Shown: positions 1 to 14,703, numbered from the stretch's first letter. The stretch is DNA of 64,000 bases from Escherichia coli (GCF_003334765.1 NZ_QOWT01000007.1); one strand, 5' to 3'. The notes: a model not told the origin generated them from the letters alone. Numbers and translations are program-made.

Positions 1-200
1 ACGGTTCGGTGATCTTTACTCTAAAAGCAACACGTACTGGTAACACGATTACTGTGATTGGTGCGGGCGAGGCGAGGAACTGGACACTGTGCTTGCGCAA
101 TGTTGTGAAAGTAAATGGTCTGCAAGGCGGTTCGCAGGCTGAAAGTGAGCAGGGGCTGGTGGTGAAGCCTCAAGGGAATGCGCTGACAATTACGTTGTAA
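1..200 (+). CDS. 3' end of a gene truncated by the window edge (stop at 198-200); product unknown
   Basis: Open frame from the window start to TAA at 198-200, convergent with yicH. Only 66 codons visible; identity not recognised. Confidence 0.35.
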   Translation, partial: GSVIFTLKATRTGNTITVIGAGEARNWTLCLRNVVKVNGLQGGSQAESEQGLVVKPQGNALTITL

Positions 201-252
201 TCTATTGATGGAATGCCGGGTACGTCTGAGTCGTACCCGACGAGATTGATGT

Positions 253-1962
253 TTACTGCACCGGCTCCGTCGATGTAACTTCACCGCTGGAAACGACGCC
301 CGCATTCATGGTTTGAGTCACTTGCTGCTTTGCGGCGTTCACGGCATGCAATTGCCCGCTAACCGTAGGTTTCAGCGGGGCATTGGCCTGAATATCTCCA
401 CTGGCGGTAAGCTGAATATTGCCGTCGCCAGTCAACGGTAATTCAGGCCATCCCCATTGTTGCAAAATATTCACCGGCACACCGCGTCCATTCAGGCTGA
501 TATGGGTCTGACGTTGTGGCGTTTGTGAAACACTGGCGGTGGCTTCCAGAATGCCTTTTTCAGTAAATGCACTCAGTTCGCTGATATTCACCGTGCTGCT
601 GTTGGCGGTCAGCGCCAGCGACGGGCGACGAACATCAACACGATTGAATGTCGCGGCGGCGGCATTCAGATTCGCCGAGCCACTCCAGACGCCCCATTTA
701 TGATCGGTAACCAGCGTCAGGTTGGCACCGTAACCATCGAGCGTGGTGAGCTGCCACGGGAAGTCAGGGTCGATATCAATGATCAGATTGCGGCTGGCGC
801 TAAATCTCTTCAGTTGCAGGCTGTTTAACCAACCGGGTGTCGTTTCCATCCACAACTGTTGCCAGTTTTTCGGCAAGGTATATTCCAGCCCGGCAATTGC
901 CGCATCATCAAGGATCAACGTTTTCCCGTCACGCAGCCAGTTCCCTGACGTTCTGACCATACCCCCTTCCCAGCGGCTGGTGAACTGGCGCAGCGCTACG
1001 CCCTGCGGGGAAAATTCCGCGTTTATAATCGGGTCAAATAAATGCAGCGAACCATAAATGAACTCGCTAGCGTTCATCGACAGTTTGCCTTCTTGTGTCT
1101 GCCAGTCATCTTTACTGAAGGTCATGTTGCGCAAGCTGAGATCGAGGTCGGTCACCGCCCAGTCCGGACCTTGCAAACGAGCATCGATCACTTCCAGGCG
1201 ACCAATCTGCAACGACGGGACAGAGCGTAATGGCGCAAAGAAGTCGGTTAGCGATTTTTCGCTTTGTAGACGGATATCCGCCATGCGCAGGTTTTCCACT
1301 TGCCAGCTGCCGTCGGCGTTACGCTGCGCGTTTCCGGTTAATGTCCCGCGCGCGATGTCGGCACCCAGGTTAGTCAGCGTAACGCGATCGTTATCAATAC
1401 TGCCTTCAATCAGTACATTGGTGGCAGGAACATCATTGAGCGAAAGCGATCCGGCACTAAACTGAATCTGCGCCTTCGTACCCAGCACTTTACCGGCTTC
1501 TGGTGACCACGGAACCACGCCGCCATTTACCCGCTGCGCGCTCAGTTTCCATTCGCTATTCGGGCTATTAAACGCCATATCACGCAGTTGCAGACGATCG
1601 GCTTTGAACGGTAGCGGCGCGGTCTGGTCGGTGAGATTCAGCGTCCCGTTTTCCAGCAGGATGGTATCGACATGGCGTGGTTCGGTCAGTTGCCGACTAC
1701 TTAGCGCAATGTCGACACTTTTGGCCACCAGGGTCGCGGGCTGGCCATCACGACCAAACGTGACATTCTCCAGCACGATATGAGATGGCGCGGAAAAACG
1801 GTGATCCATCGCCCCGAAGGCCAGATGATAGTCGCTATTCTCGGAAACCCATGCGCTGATATGTTCTGCTCCCCAGCGGGTTTGCAGAAGAAAATAGAGG
1901 CCAGCGATCACCACTAACAGAGCGATGAGAATGTAGAGAAGCAGCTTCCCAATAAATTTCAT
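253..1962 (-). CDS. yicH: AsmA-family outer-membrane assembly protein
   Basis: 577-aa ORF; internal Met (MKFIGKLLLYIL...) gives about 569 aa with an N-terminal TM/signal segment; synteny next to xanP. Confidence 0.8.
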   Translation of the reverse strand: MKFIGKLLLYILIALLVVIAGLYFLLQTRWGAEHISAWVSENSDYHLAFGAMDHRFSAPSHIVLENVTFGRDGQPATLVAKSVDIALSSRQLTEPRHVDTILLENGTLNLTDQTAPLPFKADRLQLRDMAFNSPNSEWKLSAQRVNGGVVPWSPEAGKVLGTKAQIQFSAGSLSLNDVPATNVLIEGSIDNDRVTLTNLGADIARGTLTGNAQRNADGSWQVENLRMADIRLQSEKSLTDFFAPLRSVPSLQIGRLEVIDARLQGPDWAVTDLDLSLRNMTFSKDDWQTQEGKLSMNASEFIYGSLHLFDPIINAEFSPQGVALRQFTSRWEGGMVRTSGNWLRDGKTLILDDAAIAGLEYTLPKNWQQLWMETTPGWLNSLQLKRFSASRNLIIDIDPDFPWQLTTLDGYGANLTLVTDHKWGVWSGSANLNAAAATFNRVDVRRPSLALTANSSTVNISELSAFTEKGILEATASVSQTPQRQTHISLNGRGVPVNILQQWGWPELPLTGDGNIQLTASGDIQANAPLKPTVSGQLHAVNAAKQQVTQTMNAGVVSSGEVTSTEPVQ

Positions 1963-2082
1963 GGTCTTCCATCCCGTGAAATGCACATAAGGGAGTTATG
2001 CACGATTTACGCGCAATCCTCAAGGCGGGAATGGTGAAAGAGGTGAGACTGCGGCGGTAATTATCTTACCGCCGCCAGTGAA

Positions 2083-3474
2083 TTACTGTTTTTCTGGTGG
2101 GAAAATCAGATTCAGCACGATGGCAGTAATACCGCCCGCGGCGATCCCGGAGGAGAGCAGGTTTTTCAGCCATTCAGGGGCAAACTGCAAAATCAGCGGC
2201 TGCTGAGACACGCCCAGACCAACCGCCAGCGACAGCGCGATAATCAGAATCGCCCGACGGTTCAGCGGCTCACGAGAAACGATACGCACACCGGAGGCGG
2301 CGATGGTGCCAAACATTACAAGCGTTGCGCCGCCCAGAACCGGTTCTGGAATGTGTTGTACAAAACCGCTCACTGCCGGGAACAGACCCAGCACGATCAA
2401 CATCAGCGCGACGACAAAACCGACATAGCGGCTGGCAACACCAGTCAACTGGATCACTCCGTTGTTTTGCCCGAAGCAGGAGTTCGGGAAGGTGTTAAAC
2501 ACCGCCGAAACAAACGAGTTCAGGCCGTTTGCCAGCACGCCACCTTTCAGGCGTTTCATGTACAGCGGACCGGACACTGGCTGTTCGGAAACGTCAGAGG
2601 TCGCCGTGATATCGCCAATGGTTTCCAGCGAAGTGATCATAAAGACCAGCATCAGCGGCAGCAGCAGACTCCATTCAATGCCAAGACCGTAATAGAGCGG
2701 CGTTGGCACCATAATCAGTTCTTGCGTCATCGGTTCGTTGCTTTCTGGCAACATGCCCATAAACCACGCCAGCGCATATCCGGCCGCCATCGCAATCACC
2801 AGTGAGGCCACGCGTAAGTAAGGGTTACGTTGACGGTTAAGCAGGATAATTAAGGCTAAGACCACGCCTGCCAGCAGCAGATTTTTCGGTGCGCCGAAGG
2901 TGTTATCGCTCATGGCTGCGTAACCGCCGCCAATGGACGTTAACCCAACCTGAATTAGCGACAGGCCGATAATCATCACCACAACGCCAGAAACCAGCGG
3001 CGTAATAATGCGGCGCGCCAGATGCAGAACGCGGGAGATCACCATCTCGGTGCAACTTGCCAGCATCAACGTGCCGAACAAAGCCGCCATCATGGTAGGA
3101 ACATCAGCACCACCGGTTTTCAGCGCGGTACCGCCCATAATCAGCGGGGCAACAAAGTTGAAGCTGGTGCCCTGAATAGACAACAGCCCGGAGCCAACCG
3201 GACCCCAGGCCTTAATTTGAATAATCGATGCCACACCGGAGGCAAACAGCGACATACTAATAATGTGTTGCGTGTCTTGTGCCGGTAAACCCAGCGCCTG
3301 GCAGATTAATAGCGCTGGCGTGATCACCGCAACGAACATCGCCAGCAGATGCTGACAGGCGGCAAACAGGGTTTGAGGAAGCGGCGGACGATCTTCAAGA
3401 CGGTAAATCAGTTCGCTGTTTTGAGTCTGCGCAACCGGTTGCGCATTTTCTGACTCGAGGGTGGAAACAGACAT
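2083..3474 (-). CDS. xanP: xanthine permease (NCS2 family)
   Basis: Translation [34 protein letters not shown]..., polytopic membrane protein, 463 aa from the internal Met. Confidence 0.9.
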
Positions 3475-3753
3475 CGAAAACAATCCCGTGGTAGCAAAGC
3501 GGGCATTTTAGCTGACCGAAAGAGAAAAGCAAACGTTTGCCACATCCTCATCTAAATATTTAAATGAGATAAATGCACTTTTTTATATAACTTTTGGTAT
3601 TTTTCTGCTTAAAATCCATGCCATTTGTTCATTAACAGCTGAGAATTTGACCCAGGAAAGCATAACTCGATACCCGTCATAGTTCATGAAGTTGCCACTG
3701 CGCGATGAAGTATGACGAGTATGAAAGAGTGATGCGGATACAAAGGAGTAACT

Positions 3754-4959
3754 ATGTTTCATCTCGATACTTTAGCAACGCTTGTTGCCGCAACGCTGAC
3801 GTTGCTGCTCGGGCGTAAGTTGGTCCATTCCGTCTCCTTTTTGAAGAAATACACCATACCGGAACCTGTTGCGGGTGGTTTGTTGGTGGCGCTGGCGCTA
3901 CTAGTACTGAAAAAAAGCATGGGCTGGGAAGTCAACTTTGATATGTCCCTGCGCGATCCGTTAATGCTGGCTTTCTTCGCCACCATTGGCCTGAACGCCA
4001 ACATTGCCAGTTTGCGTGCCGGTGGGCGTGTGGTTGGCATCTTCTTGATTGTGGTTGTTGGTCTGTTGGTGATGCAAAATGCCATTGGCATTGGTATGGC
4101 TAGCCTGTTAGGGCTTGATCCGCTGATGGGGCTGTTGGCCGGTTCTATTACGCTTTCCGGCGGTCACGGTACGGGCGCTGCGTGGAGTAAATTGTTCATT
4201 GAACGTTATGGCTTCACCAATGCGACGGAAGTGGCGATGGCCTGTGCAACGTTCGGTCTGGTGCTGGGCGGCTTGATTGGCGGTCCGGTGGCGCGCTATC
4301 TGGTGAAACACTCCACCACGCCGAACGGTATTCCGGATGACCAGGAAGTCCCGACGGCGTTTGAAAAGCCGGATGTGGGCCGCATGATCACCTCGTTGGT
4401 GCTGATTGAAACTATCGCGCTGATTGCTATCTGCCTGACGGTGGGGAAAATTGTTGCGCAACTTTTGGCTGGCACTGCTTTTGAACTGCCGACCTTCGTC
4501 TGTGTACTGTTTGTTGGCGTGATTCTGAGCAACGGTCTGTCAATAATGGGCTTTTACCGCGTCTTTGAGCGTGCGGTATCCGTGCTGGGTAACGTAAGCT
4601 TGTCGTTGTTCCTGGCGATGGCGTTGATGGGGCTGAAACTGTGGGAGCTGGCTTCGCTGGCGCTGCCGATGCTGGCGATTCTGGTGGTACAGACCATCTT
4701 CATGGCGTTGTATGCCATCTTCGTTACCTGGCGCATGATGGGCAAAAACTACGATGCGGCAGTGCTGGCTGCGGGTCACTGTGGTTTTGGCCTCGGTGCA
4801 ACGCCAACGGCAATCGCCAACATGCAGGCGATCACTGAACGCTTTGGCCCGTCGCACATGGCGTTTTTGGTGGTGCCGATGGTCGGTGCGTTCTTTATCG
4901 ATATCGTCAATGCGCTGGTAATTAAGTTGTATTTGATGTTGCCGATTTTTGCCGGTTAA
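3754..4959 (+). CDS. gltS: sodium/glutamate symporter
   Basis: 401-aa hydrophobic ORF MFHLDTLATLVAATLTLLLGRKLVHS..., recognised as GltS. Confidence 0.9.
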   Translation: MFHLDTLATLVAATLTLLLGRKLVHSVSFLKKYTIPEPVAGGLLVALALLVLKKSMGWEVNFDMSLRDPLMLAFFATIGLNANIASLRAGGRVVGIFLIVVVGLLVMQNAIGIGMASLLGLDPLMGLLAGSITLSGGHGTGAAWSKLFIERYGFTNATEVAMACATFGLVLGGLIGGPVARYLVKHSTTPNGIPDDQEVPTAFEKPDVGRMITSLVLIETIALIAICLTVGKIVAQLLAGTAFELPTFVCVLFVGVILSNGLSIMGFYRVFERAVSVLGNVSLSLFLAMALMGLKLWELASLALPMLAILVVQTIFMALYAIFVTWRMMGKNYDAAVLAAGHCGFGLGATPTAIANMQAITERFGPSHMAFLVVPMVGAFFIDIVNALVIKLYLMLPIFAG

Positions 4960-5124
4960 CCGATGAAGCGGCGGTAGAAGTGCCGCCGCAACAAAGACAA
5001 ATGCCTGATACGCTTCGCTTATCAAGCCTGCGTATTGATTCATAATTTATTGAATTTGTAGGGTGAATCGCATCCGGCAGGAAGGTAGGGTAACCTGAAA
5101 TGGCGGTCTTCTCACTGCCGCCTT

Positions 5125-7206
5125 TTACGCATTCGAGTAACGTTCTGTCTCCGGCATCCAGCGTTCTATCAAGGCTTTTGCCTGTTGTGGGTAACGTTCG
5201 TGAATATGTCGCGCCAGGCGCTGAACTTCCGGGATCATCGCCTGATCGCGCAGTAAATCCGCCACTTTAAATTCAGCATTACCCGTCTGACGCGTGCCTA
5301 ACAATTCGCCAGGGCCGCGAATCTCCAGATCTTTTTGCGCAATCACAAAACCGTCGTTACTGTCGCGCAGCACTTGCAGGCGAATTTGCGCCGTTTTAGA
5401 AAGCGGCGTTTTGTAGAGCAGCACGCAGTGAGAAGCCACCGCGCCACGACCTACGCGCCCGCGCAGCTGGTGTAACTGCGCCAGACCCAGACGCTCAGGG
5501 TTTTCGATAATCATCAGGCTGGCGTTAGGCACATCAACACCGACTTCAATAACGGTAGTGGCAACCAGCAGATGTAGCTCACCTTGTTTAAACGACGCCA
5601 TCACCGCCTGTTTCTCGGCTGGTTTCATCCGCCCGTGTACCAGGCCAACATTCAATTCTGGTAGCGCCAGTTTCAACTCTTCCCAGGTAGCTTCCGCCGC
5701 CTGCGCTTCCAGTAACTCTGACTCTTCAATCAACGTACAAACCCAGTACGCCTGACGACCTTCAGTTATGCAGGCGTGGCGCACGCGGTCAATGATGTCG
5801 GTACGGCGGGTATCAGGAATAGCGACCGTAGTCACTGGCGTGCGGCCTGGCGGCAGCTCATCTATCACCGAGGTATCGAGATCGGCATACGCCGTCATTG
5901 CCAGCGTGCGGGGGATCGGCGTGGCGGTCATGATCAACTGATGCGGATGGAAGCCCTGCTGCTGGCCTTTCTCCCACAATGCCAGACGCTGATGCACGCC
6001 AAAACGATGCTGTTCGTCGATAATCACCAGCGCCAGGCCGTTAAACTGCACCTGTTCCTGGAAGATGGCGTGTGTACCGACAATCATCTGCACCTGACCG
6101 CTGGCGATGGCTTCCTGCTGAGACAGTCGCGCTTTGCCTTTCTGCTTACCGGCGAGCCAGCCCACTTTGATACCGAGCGGTGCAAACCAGTTGCGGAAGT
6201 TATTGGCGTGCTGCTCGGCGAGTAATTCGGTTGGTGCCATCAGTGCCACCTGTTTGCCGTGGGCAATCGCACGCAGCGCGGCGAGGGCGGCGACCAGCGT
6301 TTTACCGGAACCTACATCGCCCTGTACCAGGCGCATCATCGGCACATCCAGCGCCATATCATGCTCGATCTCCGCCACTACGCGTGCCTGTGCGCCCGTT
6401 GGCTTGAACGGTAAGGCGGCGAGGAGTTTATTTTTCAGCGTGTCATTGGCGCTCAGCGGCTGGGCATGAAAACGCTGTGCTCCGGCACGTAAGGCTAACA
6501 TGCTGAGGTTGTGCGCCAGCAGTTCTTCCAGAATCAGACGACGTTGCGCCGGATGCTGCCCGGTTTCCAGATCGCTAAGCTGTAGCGTCGGTGGCGGGCG
6601 GTGCAAAGTGCGCAACGCTTCCGGTAGCGTCATCATTCCTTGTGACAGTTCCGGCGGCAGGAGTTCTTCAATGGCGCAGGTGTCGAGCAGATCCAGCGCC
6701 TGGTCGGTTAATTTACGCAGCGTGGCCTGCTTTACGCCTTCCGTTGTTGGATAAACCGGCGTGAGCGTTTCCTGTAATTCTGGCGTGCTGAGATCGCCCT
6801 GCACGCGGTATTCCGGGTGGATCATCTCCGCACCATATTTACCGCGCTTTGCTTCGCCATAAGCCAGTACACGGCGGCCCGTCGCCAGGCTATTTTTCAT
6901 TGCCGCGCTGAAATTGAAAAAGCGCATGGTGAGGATGCCGGAACCGTCGCTGATCTGGCAGGTCATCATCCGCCGACCGCCGAAGGAGATATTGCAGTTC
7001 AGCACTTCGCCTTCCACCGTGGCATAAACGCCCGGCAGTAGTTCTCCGATGGGGTAGAGATGGGTGCGATCTTCGTAGCGCAGGGGAAGGTGTAAGAGTA
7101 AATCCTGCACGGTATGCAGGTTGATTTTCGCCAGTTTGTTACTAAGCGCTGCGCCAACGCCCGTTAGGGAACTGAGCGGGACAGTATCTAACAGGCGGCC
7201 TTTCAT
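5125..7206 (-). CDS. recG: ATP-dependent DNA helicase RecG
   Basis: 693 aa from MKGRLLDTVPLSSL...; Walker A GDVGSGKT, DEQH box; last gene of the spoT operon. Confidence 0.95.
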   Translation of the reverse strand: MKGRLLDTVPLSSLTGVGAALSNKLAKINLHTVQDLLLHLPLRYEDRTHLYPIGELLPGVYATVEGEVLNCNISFGGRRMMTCQISDGSGILTMRFFNFSAAMKNSLATGRRVLAYGEAKRGKYGAEMIHPEYRVQGDLSTPELQETLTPVYPTTEGVKQATLRKLTDQALDLLDTCAIEELLPPELSQGMMTLPEALRTLHRPPPTLQLSDLETGQHPAQRRLILEELLAHNLSMLALRAGAQRFHAQPLSANDTLKNKLLAALPFKPTGAQARVVAEIEHDMALDVPMMRLVQGDVGSGKTLVAALAALRAIAHGKQVALMAPTELLAEQHANNFRNWFAPLGIKVGWLAGKQKGKARLSQQEAIASGQVQMIVGTHAIFQEQVQFNGLALVIIDEQHRFGVHQRLALWEKGQQQGFHPHQLIMTATPIPRTLAMTAYADLDTSVIDELPPGRTPVTTVAIPDTRRTDIIDRVRHACITEGRQAYWVCTLIEESELLEAQAAEATWEELKLALPELNVGLVHGRMKPAEKQAVMASFKQGELHLLVATTVIEVGVDVPNASLMIIENPERLGLAQLHQLRGRVGRGAVASHCVLLYKTPLSKTAQIRLQVLRDSNDGFVIAQKDLEIRGPGELLGTRQTGNAEFKVADLLRDQAMIPEVQRLARHIHERYPQQAKALIERWMPETERYSNA

Positions 7207-7211
7207 GGCGC

Positions 7212-7901
7212 TTACCCTGCGGCCTGCATGGTGGACCACCAGTCAGCATCAGCTTCGATCTCGCCTTGCTGATTGACGTGGGGGTAAGGCAGGCCTTTGC
7301 GTTTTGCGACTTTCGCCAGCACCGGATAGCCGCCTTCAAACAACAGGCGTTGTTGCTCTGCTTCCGGCAACATGCTGTTTTCACGCAGGTACATGCCTGC
7401 ATTTTGCCGCTGACGCTGGGCTTCGTAAAGAATGAGGGCTGAGGCAACGGAAACATTCAGCGACTGCACCATGCCGATCATCGGAATGATGATGTCCTGA
7501 TCCGCCAGGGCCAATGCTTCCTGCGTGATGCCCGTTTTCTCCTGTCCCATCAAAATGCAGGTCGGGCGAGTGTAATCAATTTCGCGGAAATCGACAGCAT
7601 TATCAGAAAGATGGGTTGCCAGAATCTGCATGCCCTGGCCTTTCAGATGAGCGACGGCATCGCCAATGGTGCGGTGTGTTTTCACCTGTACCCAGCTGTT
7701 ACTACCCGCCGCTGCCGAAGCCATGGTGCGCATCCGGCTACCAGGCCAGACGGCGTGAACTTCATGTACGCCAACGGCATCTGCGGTACGAATAATCGCA
7801 GAAACGTTATGAGGTTTGTGGACCTGCTCCATGCAGACGGTCAGGTCAGGCTGCCGCCTGGCGAGCATTTCGCAGATGCGTGCATAACGTGTTGGGTTCA
7901 T
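7212..7901 (-). CDS. trmH: tRNA (Gm18) 2'-O-methyltransferase
   Basis: 229-aa SpoU-family ORF MNPTRYARICEMLARRQPDL... between spoT and recG. Confidence 0.9.
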   Translation of the reverse strand: MNPTRYARICEMLARRQPDLTVCMEQVHKPHNVSAIIRTADAVGVHEVHAVWPGSRMRTMASAAAGSNSWVQVKTHRTIGDAVAHLKGQGMQILATHLSDNAVDFREIDYTRPTCILMGQEKTGITQEALALADQDIIIPMIGMVQSLNVSVASALILYEAQRQRQNAGMYLRENSMLPEAEQQRLLFEGGYPVLAKVAKRKGLPYPHVNQQGEIEADADWWSTMQAAG

Positions 7902-7907
7902 AAAACA

Positions 7908-10016
7908 TTAATTTCGGTTTCGGGTGACTTTAATCACGTCTGGCATCACGCGGATTTTGCGCATGATATTCGCCAGATGCACACGGTCACGAGCGGTCAG
8001 ACGAATAAAGGCGCTGTAGACGCGACCATCTTTCTCTTCCGTATTCAAACTTTGAATATTCGAGGTCGTGGTGTTAATTGCCGCCGTCAGGTTTGCCAGC
8101 GCACCCTGATGATTGAACATCTCCACCTTGATTTCGGTGATGAATTCCTGCGCCGTCTCTTTATCCCATTCCACAGCCATAAACTTCTCTGGCTCTTTCT
8201 GGTAGCCACGGATGTTACGGCAGGATTCATGGTGGATCACCAGACCTTTACCGGGGCTGACGTGGGCGATAATCGGGTCGCCAGGAATAGGGCGGCAGCA
8301 TTTCGCAAAGGTGATCAGCACGCCATCGGCACCTTTAATTGGCAGATGTCCGTGACTTTGGGTTGCCGGTGGAATGGAGGCGTCCCCATGTTGTAGATTT
8401 TTCGCGACCACCACGCTCATTGCGTTACCAAGGCCGATTTCAGCCAGCAGATCGTCAAGCGTTGCCAGCTTCATGCGATCCAGCTCGCGCTGAATATTTT
8501 CCTGCGGGATTTCATTCAGCTTACGGCTACCACCCAAAGCATGGTTGAGCAGACGACGGCCCAGGCTTACAGAATCATCACGCTTGAGGTTTTTCAGCAA
8601 CTGACGAATTTTGGCGCGCGCTTTTGAGCTAACGACAAAGTTCAGCCACGCGGCATTCGGGCGAGCGCCCGGTGCGGTAATGATTTCAACGGTTTGACCG
8701 CTGGTAAGCGGCTGCGACAGCGGGTAAGGCTGGCGGTCAACGCGTGCGCCCACGCAGGCATGACCGATATCGGTATGCACTGCATAAGCGAAGTCGACGG
8801 GCGTTGCACCGGCAGGCAGCTCGACAATGCGCCCTTCCGGTGTGAAAACGTAAATCTCATCCGGGAAGAGATCGGATTTAACGCTCTCGATAAATTCAAA
8901 CGAACTACCGGCGCTCTGTTGCAGCTCCAGCAGGCTTTGCATCCAGCGCTGGGCGCGGATTTGTGCGGTAGTACTGGTTTCGCCGTGCTCTTTATAAGCC
9001 CAGTGCGCGGCAACACCCATCTCCGCCATCTGATCCATATCTTCGGTACGGATCTGGACCTCAACCGGCACGCCGTGCGGGCCAATCATCGAGGTGTGCA
9101 AAGACTGATAGCCGTTCGCTTTTGGAATGGCGATATAGTCTTTCACGCGGCCCGGACGCGGCTTGTACAGGCTGTGCATCTGGCCCAGCACGCGATAACA
9201 GGTGTCAGAATCATTGACGATCACGCGGAAAGCGTAGATGTCCATGATTGAGTGAAAACGCTGCTCTTTGAGCACCATTTTGCAGTAAATCGAATAAAGA
9301 TGCTTTTCGCGACCACTGACGCGGCACGGTATTCCCGCTTCCTGCAAACGCCCTTCGATTTCAGAAAGAATCTTCTGGATCATCTCTTTACGGTTGCCGC
9401 GCGCGGCTTTCACCACTTCTTTGATTACGCGATAACGGTTGGGATACAGCGCCTCAAAACCCAGCTCTTCGAGTTCGGTTTTAATGTGGTGGATACCTAA
9501 ACGGTGCGCCAGCGGGCTGTAAATTTCGAGAGTTTCACGGGCGATGCGGCGACGTTTGTCCGGGCGAAGTGAGCCCAGCGTGCGCATGTTGTGGGTACGG
9601 TCGGCAAGTTTGATGAGGATGACGCGGATATCCTGCACCATCGCCATAATCATCTTGCGAAAGTTTTCGGCCTGCGCCTCTTTCTTATCGCGGAACTTGA
9701 GTTTATCAAGTTTCGACACCCCCTCTACCAGCTCGGCGACGCTTTTACCAAAAAGCTGTTCCATATCCTGGTAGGTGGCGGGAGTATCTTCAATCACGTC
9801 ATGCAGCAGCGCCGCCATCAGCGTTTCATAGTCGAGTTTCATCTCGGCCAGAATGCAGGCAACCGCTACCGGGTGCGTGATATAGGGTTCACCGCTTGAA
9901 CGTGTTTGCCCCTCGTGAGCATCACGTGCAACGAGATACGCCTGCCGCAGACGCTTGATTTGGTCTTCCGGCAGGTAGGTTTGAATCAGTTGATTCAGGC
10001 TTTCAAACAGATACAA
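7908..10016 (-). CDS. spoT: bifunctional (p)ppGpp synthetase/hydrolase SpoT
   Basis: 702 aa, HD-domain N-terminus (HDVIEDT), RelA/SpoT synthetase region, TGS/ACT C-terminus. Confidence 0.95.
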   Translation of the reverse strand: MYLFESLNQLIQTYLPEDQIKRLRQAYLVARDAHEGQTRSSGEPYITHPVAVACILAEMKLDYETLMAALLHDVIEDTPATYQDMEQLFGKSVAELVEGVSKLDKLKFRDKKEAQAENFRKMIMAMVQDIRVILIKLADRTHNMRTLGSLRPDKRRRIARETLEIYSPLAHRLGIHHIKTELEELGFEALYPNRYRVIKEVVKAARGNRKEMIQKILSEIEGRLQEAGIPCRVSGREKHLYSIYCKMVLKEQRFHSIMDIYAFRVIVNDSDTCYRVLGQMHSLYKPRPGRVKDYIAIPKANGYQSLHTSMIGPHGVPVEVQIRTEDMDQMAEMGVAAHWAYKEHGETSTTAQIRAQRWMQSLLELQQSAGSSFEFIESVKSDLFPDEIYVFTPEGRIVELPAGATPVDFAYAVHTDIGHACVGARVDRQPYPLSQPLTSGQTVEIITAPGARPNAAWLNFVVSSKARAKIRQLLKNLKRDDSVSLGRRLLNHALGGSRKLNEIPQENIQRELDRMKLATLDDLLAEIGLGNAMSVVVAKNLQHGDASIPPATQSHGHLPIKGADGVLITFAKCCRPIPGDPIIAHVSPGKGLVIHHESCRNIRGYQKEPEKFMAVEWDKETAQEFITEIKVEMFNHQGALANLTAAINTTTSNIQSLNTEEKDGRVYSAFIRLTARDRVHLANIMRKIRVMPDVIKVTRNRN

Positions 10017-10034
10017 GGGCGACCCGCTTTGTGA

Positions 10035-10310
10035 TTAACGACGACCTTCAGCAATAGCGGTAACGGCTTGTAATTCAGCGGCTTCCTGCTCTTGCTGTTC
10101 CTGGCGTTCGCGAACGTCGAGGATCTGGTTGTTGATCAGACCTTCTTCGATTTCGCGCAGCGCGATTACAGTGGTTTTATCGTTTTCTTCCGGTACCAGC
10201 GGATCCTTTCCGCCTACCTGCATCTGACGAGCGCGACGCGCGGCGACCAGTACCAGGTCAAAACGGTTACCAATTTTCTCTACAGCGTCCTGAACAGTTA
10301 CGCGTGCCAT
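10035..10310 (-). CDS. rpoZ: RNA polymerase omega subunit
   Basis: 91-aa [34 protein letters not shown]... Confidence 0.95.
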
Positions 10311-10364
10311 ACTTAAAAAGCTCCACAGGTGAAGAAATGACTGGGCATGATACTGAAATCAGGT

Positions 10365-13542
<3,178 letters not shown>

Positions 13543-13833
13543 GGTTCTCTCCCTAAAAATCTGTCTGGCAGGGTAGCGATTTGTGCGTATTGTCACGATT
13601 GAGATTTTTTAAGGTGAGAGGAAATTGATAACTTGTAGTTATGTGAAATCGCTATTTTCTGTAGCGTAGATGCATTCTTCTGACTTCTTGTCTGAGAAAA
13701 TGCATAAGAAAAAATAGGTTAAAATTGAGGGGTGGAAAAGAAAGGTGCAATGTTTAGCCATTGTGTTCACCGCACCTGGACTTTGGCTTACGCATCGGGT
13801 ATCTCAATCAACAAAAAGAGTTTTTAGTTTCTG

Positions 13834-14670
13834 CTATTTCTTCTCTGTAATTTTTACACTGTTTTCCAACTGCTTGATGCTGACCTGCGGGGTCGGCAAC
13901 TCCTCAGGCATGGTTCCGCCAAGTTCCTGAATGGTTTGCATCACCTTGCTACCCACGTCAAAGTGTGTGGTATTAGCTTGCTGTTTTGAATTCACGCCAT
14001 CCCGCTTGAGTTTTTCTTCTGTTTGGGTAGCTCGAAAGAGATTAGCCGCCAGTTCTGTTGAACCCATATGATCCAGGATCTTCTGATTCTTTTTCAGCCC
14101 CTTCCGCTGATGAATAGCTTTCTGATCTAATCCACCATACAGCCCCTGGTAACCATGATTCTGAAATATGGCGAAATCAGTAGCTGTCGCTACCCCAGCT
14201 TGCTGTGCTGCCTCAACCAATTGTTTGTTATGTTCTTTCAACTCATTTCTCAGAAACAGACGCTTTTCGTCTTCACGAAGTTGCTTAAATGCTTCATCGT
14301 CAGCAAGCTCCTGCCGTCGGGTCTGGATAGCAAAATAAGTCTGCCCTGCCGCAATGACCGGTTTCGCAGGGTCGCCGTTTTGTACTACCAGGTAACAGGC
14401 ATAGCGGGAGAGTACGATGTCTTTTAATGCTCTTTTGGCATTTGAGCCAATTTTGACCATATCGAGGATCTCCTCGAAATGGTCATCAATTGTGTGACCA
14501 CTGTTCTCACAGGCTTCTTTGGCGCGCGTTAATACAGGTATAAAGTGACGATACTCTGAATAACCCAGTAGTTTCCCAAGTTGTCTTGCTGACCATTGTT
14601 CTGCTCCGTTTGCATTAATCAGTTTTATCTCTTCAAAAGGTTGATGATGTTCGTTCATTGCCCACTCCAT
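13834..14670 (-). CDS. dinD: DNA-damage-inducible protein D
   Basis: 278-aa ORF (MEWAMNEHHQPFEEIKLINANGAEQWSARQLGKLLGYSEY...); perfect LexA box just upstream. Confidence 0.8.
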   Translation of the reverse strand: MEWAMNEHHQPFEEIKLINANGAEQWSARQLGKLLGYSEYRHFIPVLTRAKEACENSGHTIDDHFEEILDMVKIGSNAKRALKDIVLSRYACYLVVQNGDPAKPVIAAGQTYFAIQTRRQELADDEAFKQLREDEKRLFLRNELKEHNKQLVEAAQQAGVATATDFAIFQNHGYQGLYGGLDQKAIHQRKGLKKNQKILDHMGSTELAANLFRATQTEEKLKRDGVNSKQQANTTHFDVGSKVMQTIQELGGTMPEELPTPQVSIKQLENSVKITEKK

Positions 14671-14703
14671 GTGATATCAATTGCAAAGAAAGTAAATCTG
14701 TAA

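Noticed and set aside
7611-8396. 261-aa plus-strand ORF spanning the trmH/spoT junction
   Set aside because: Antisense to two recognised genes and crosses their boundary; artefact.
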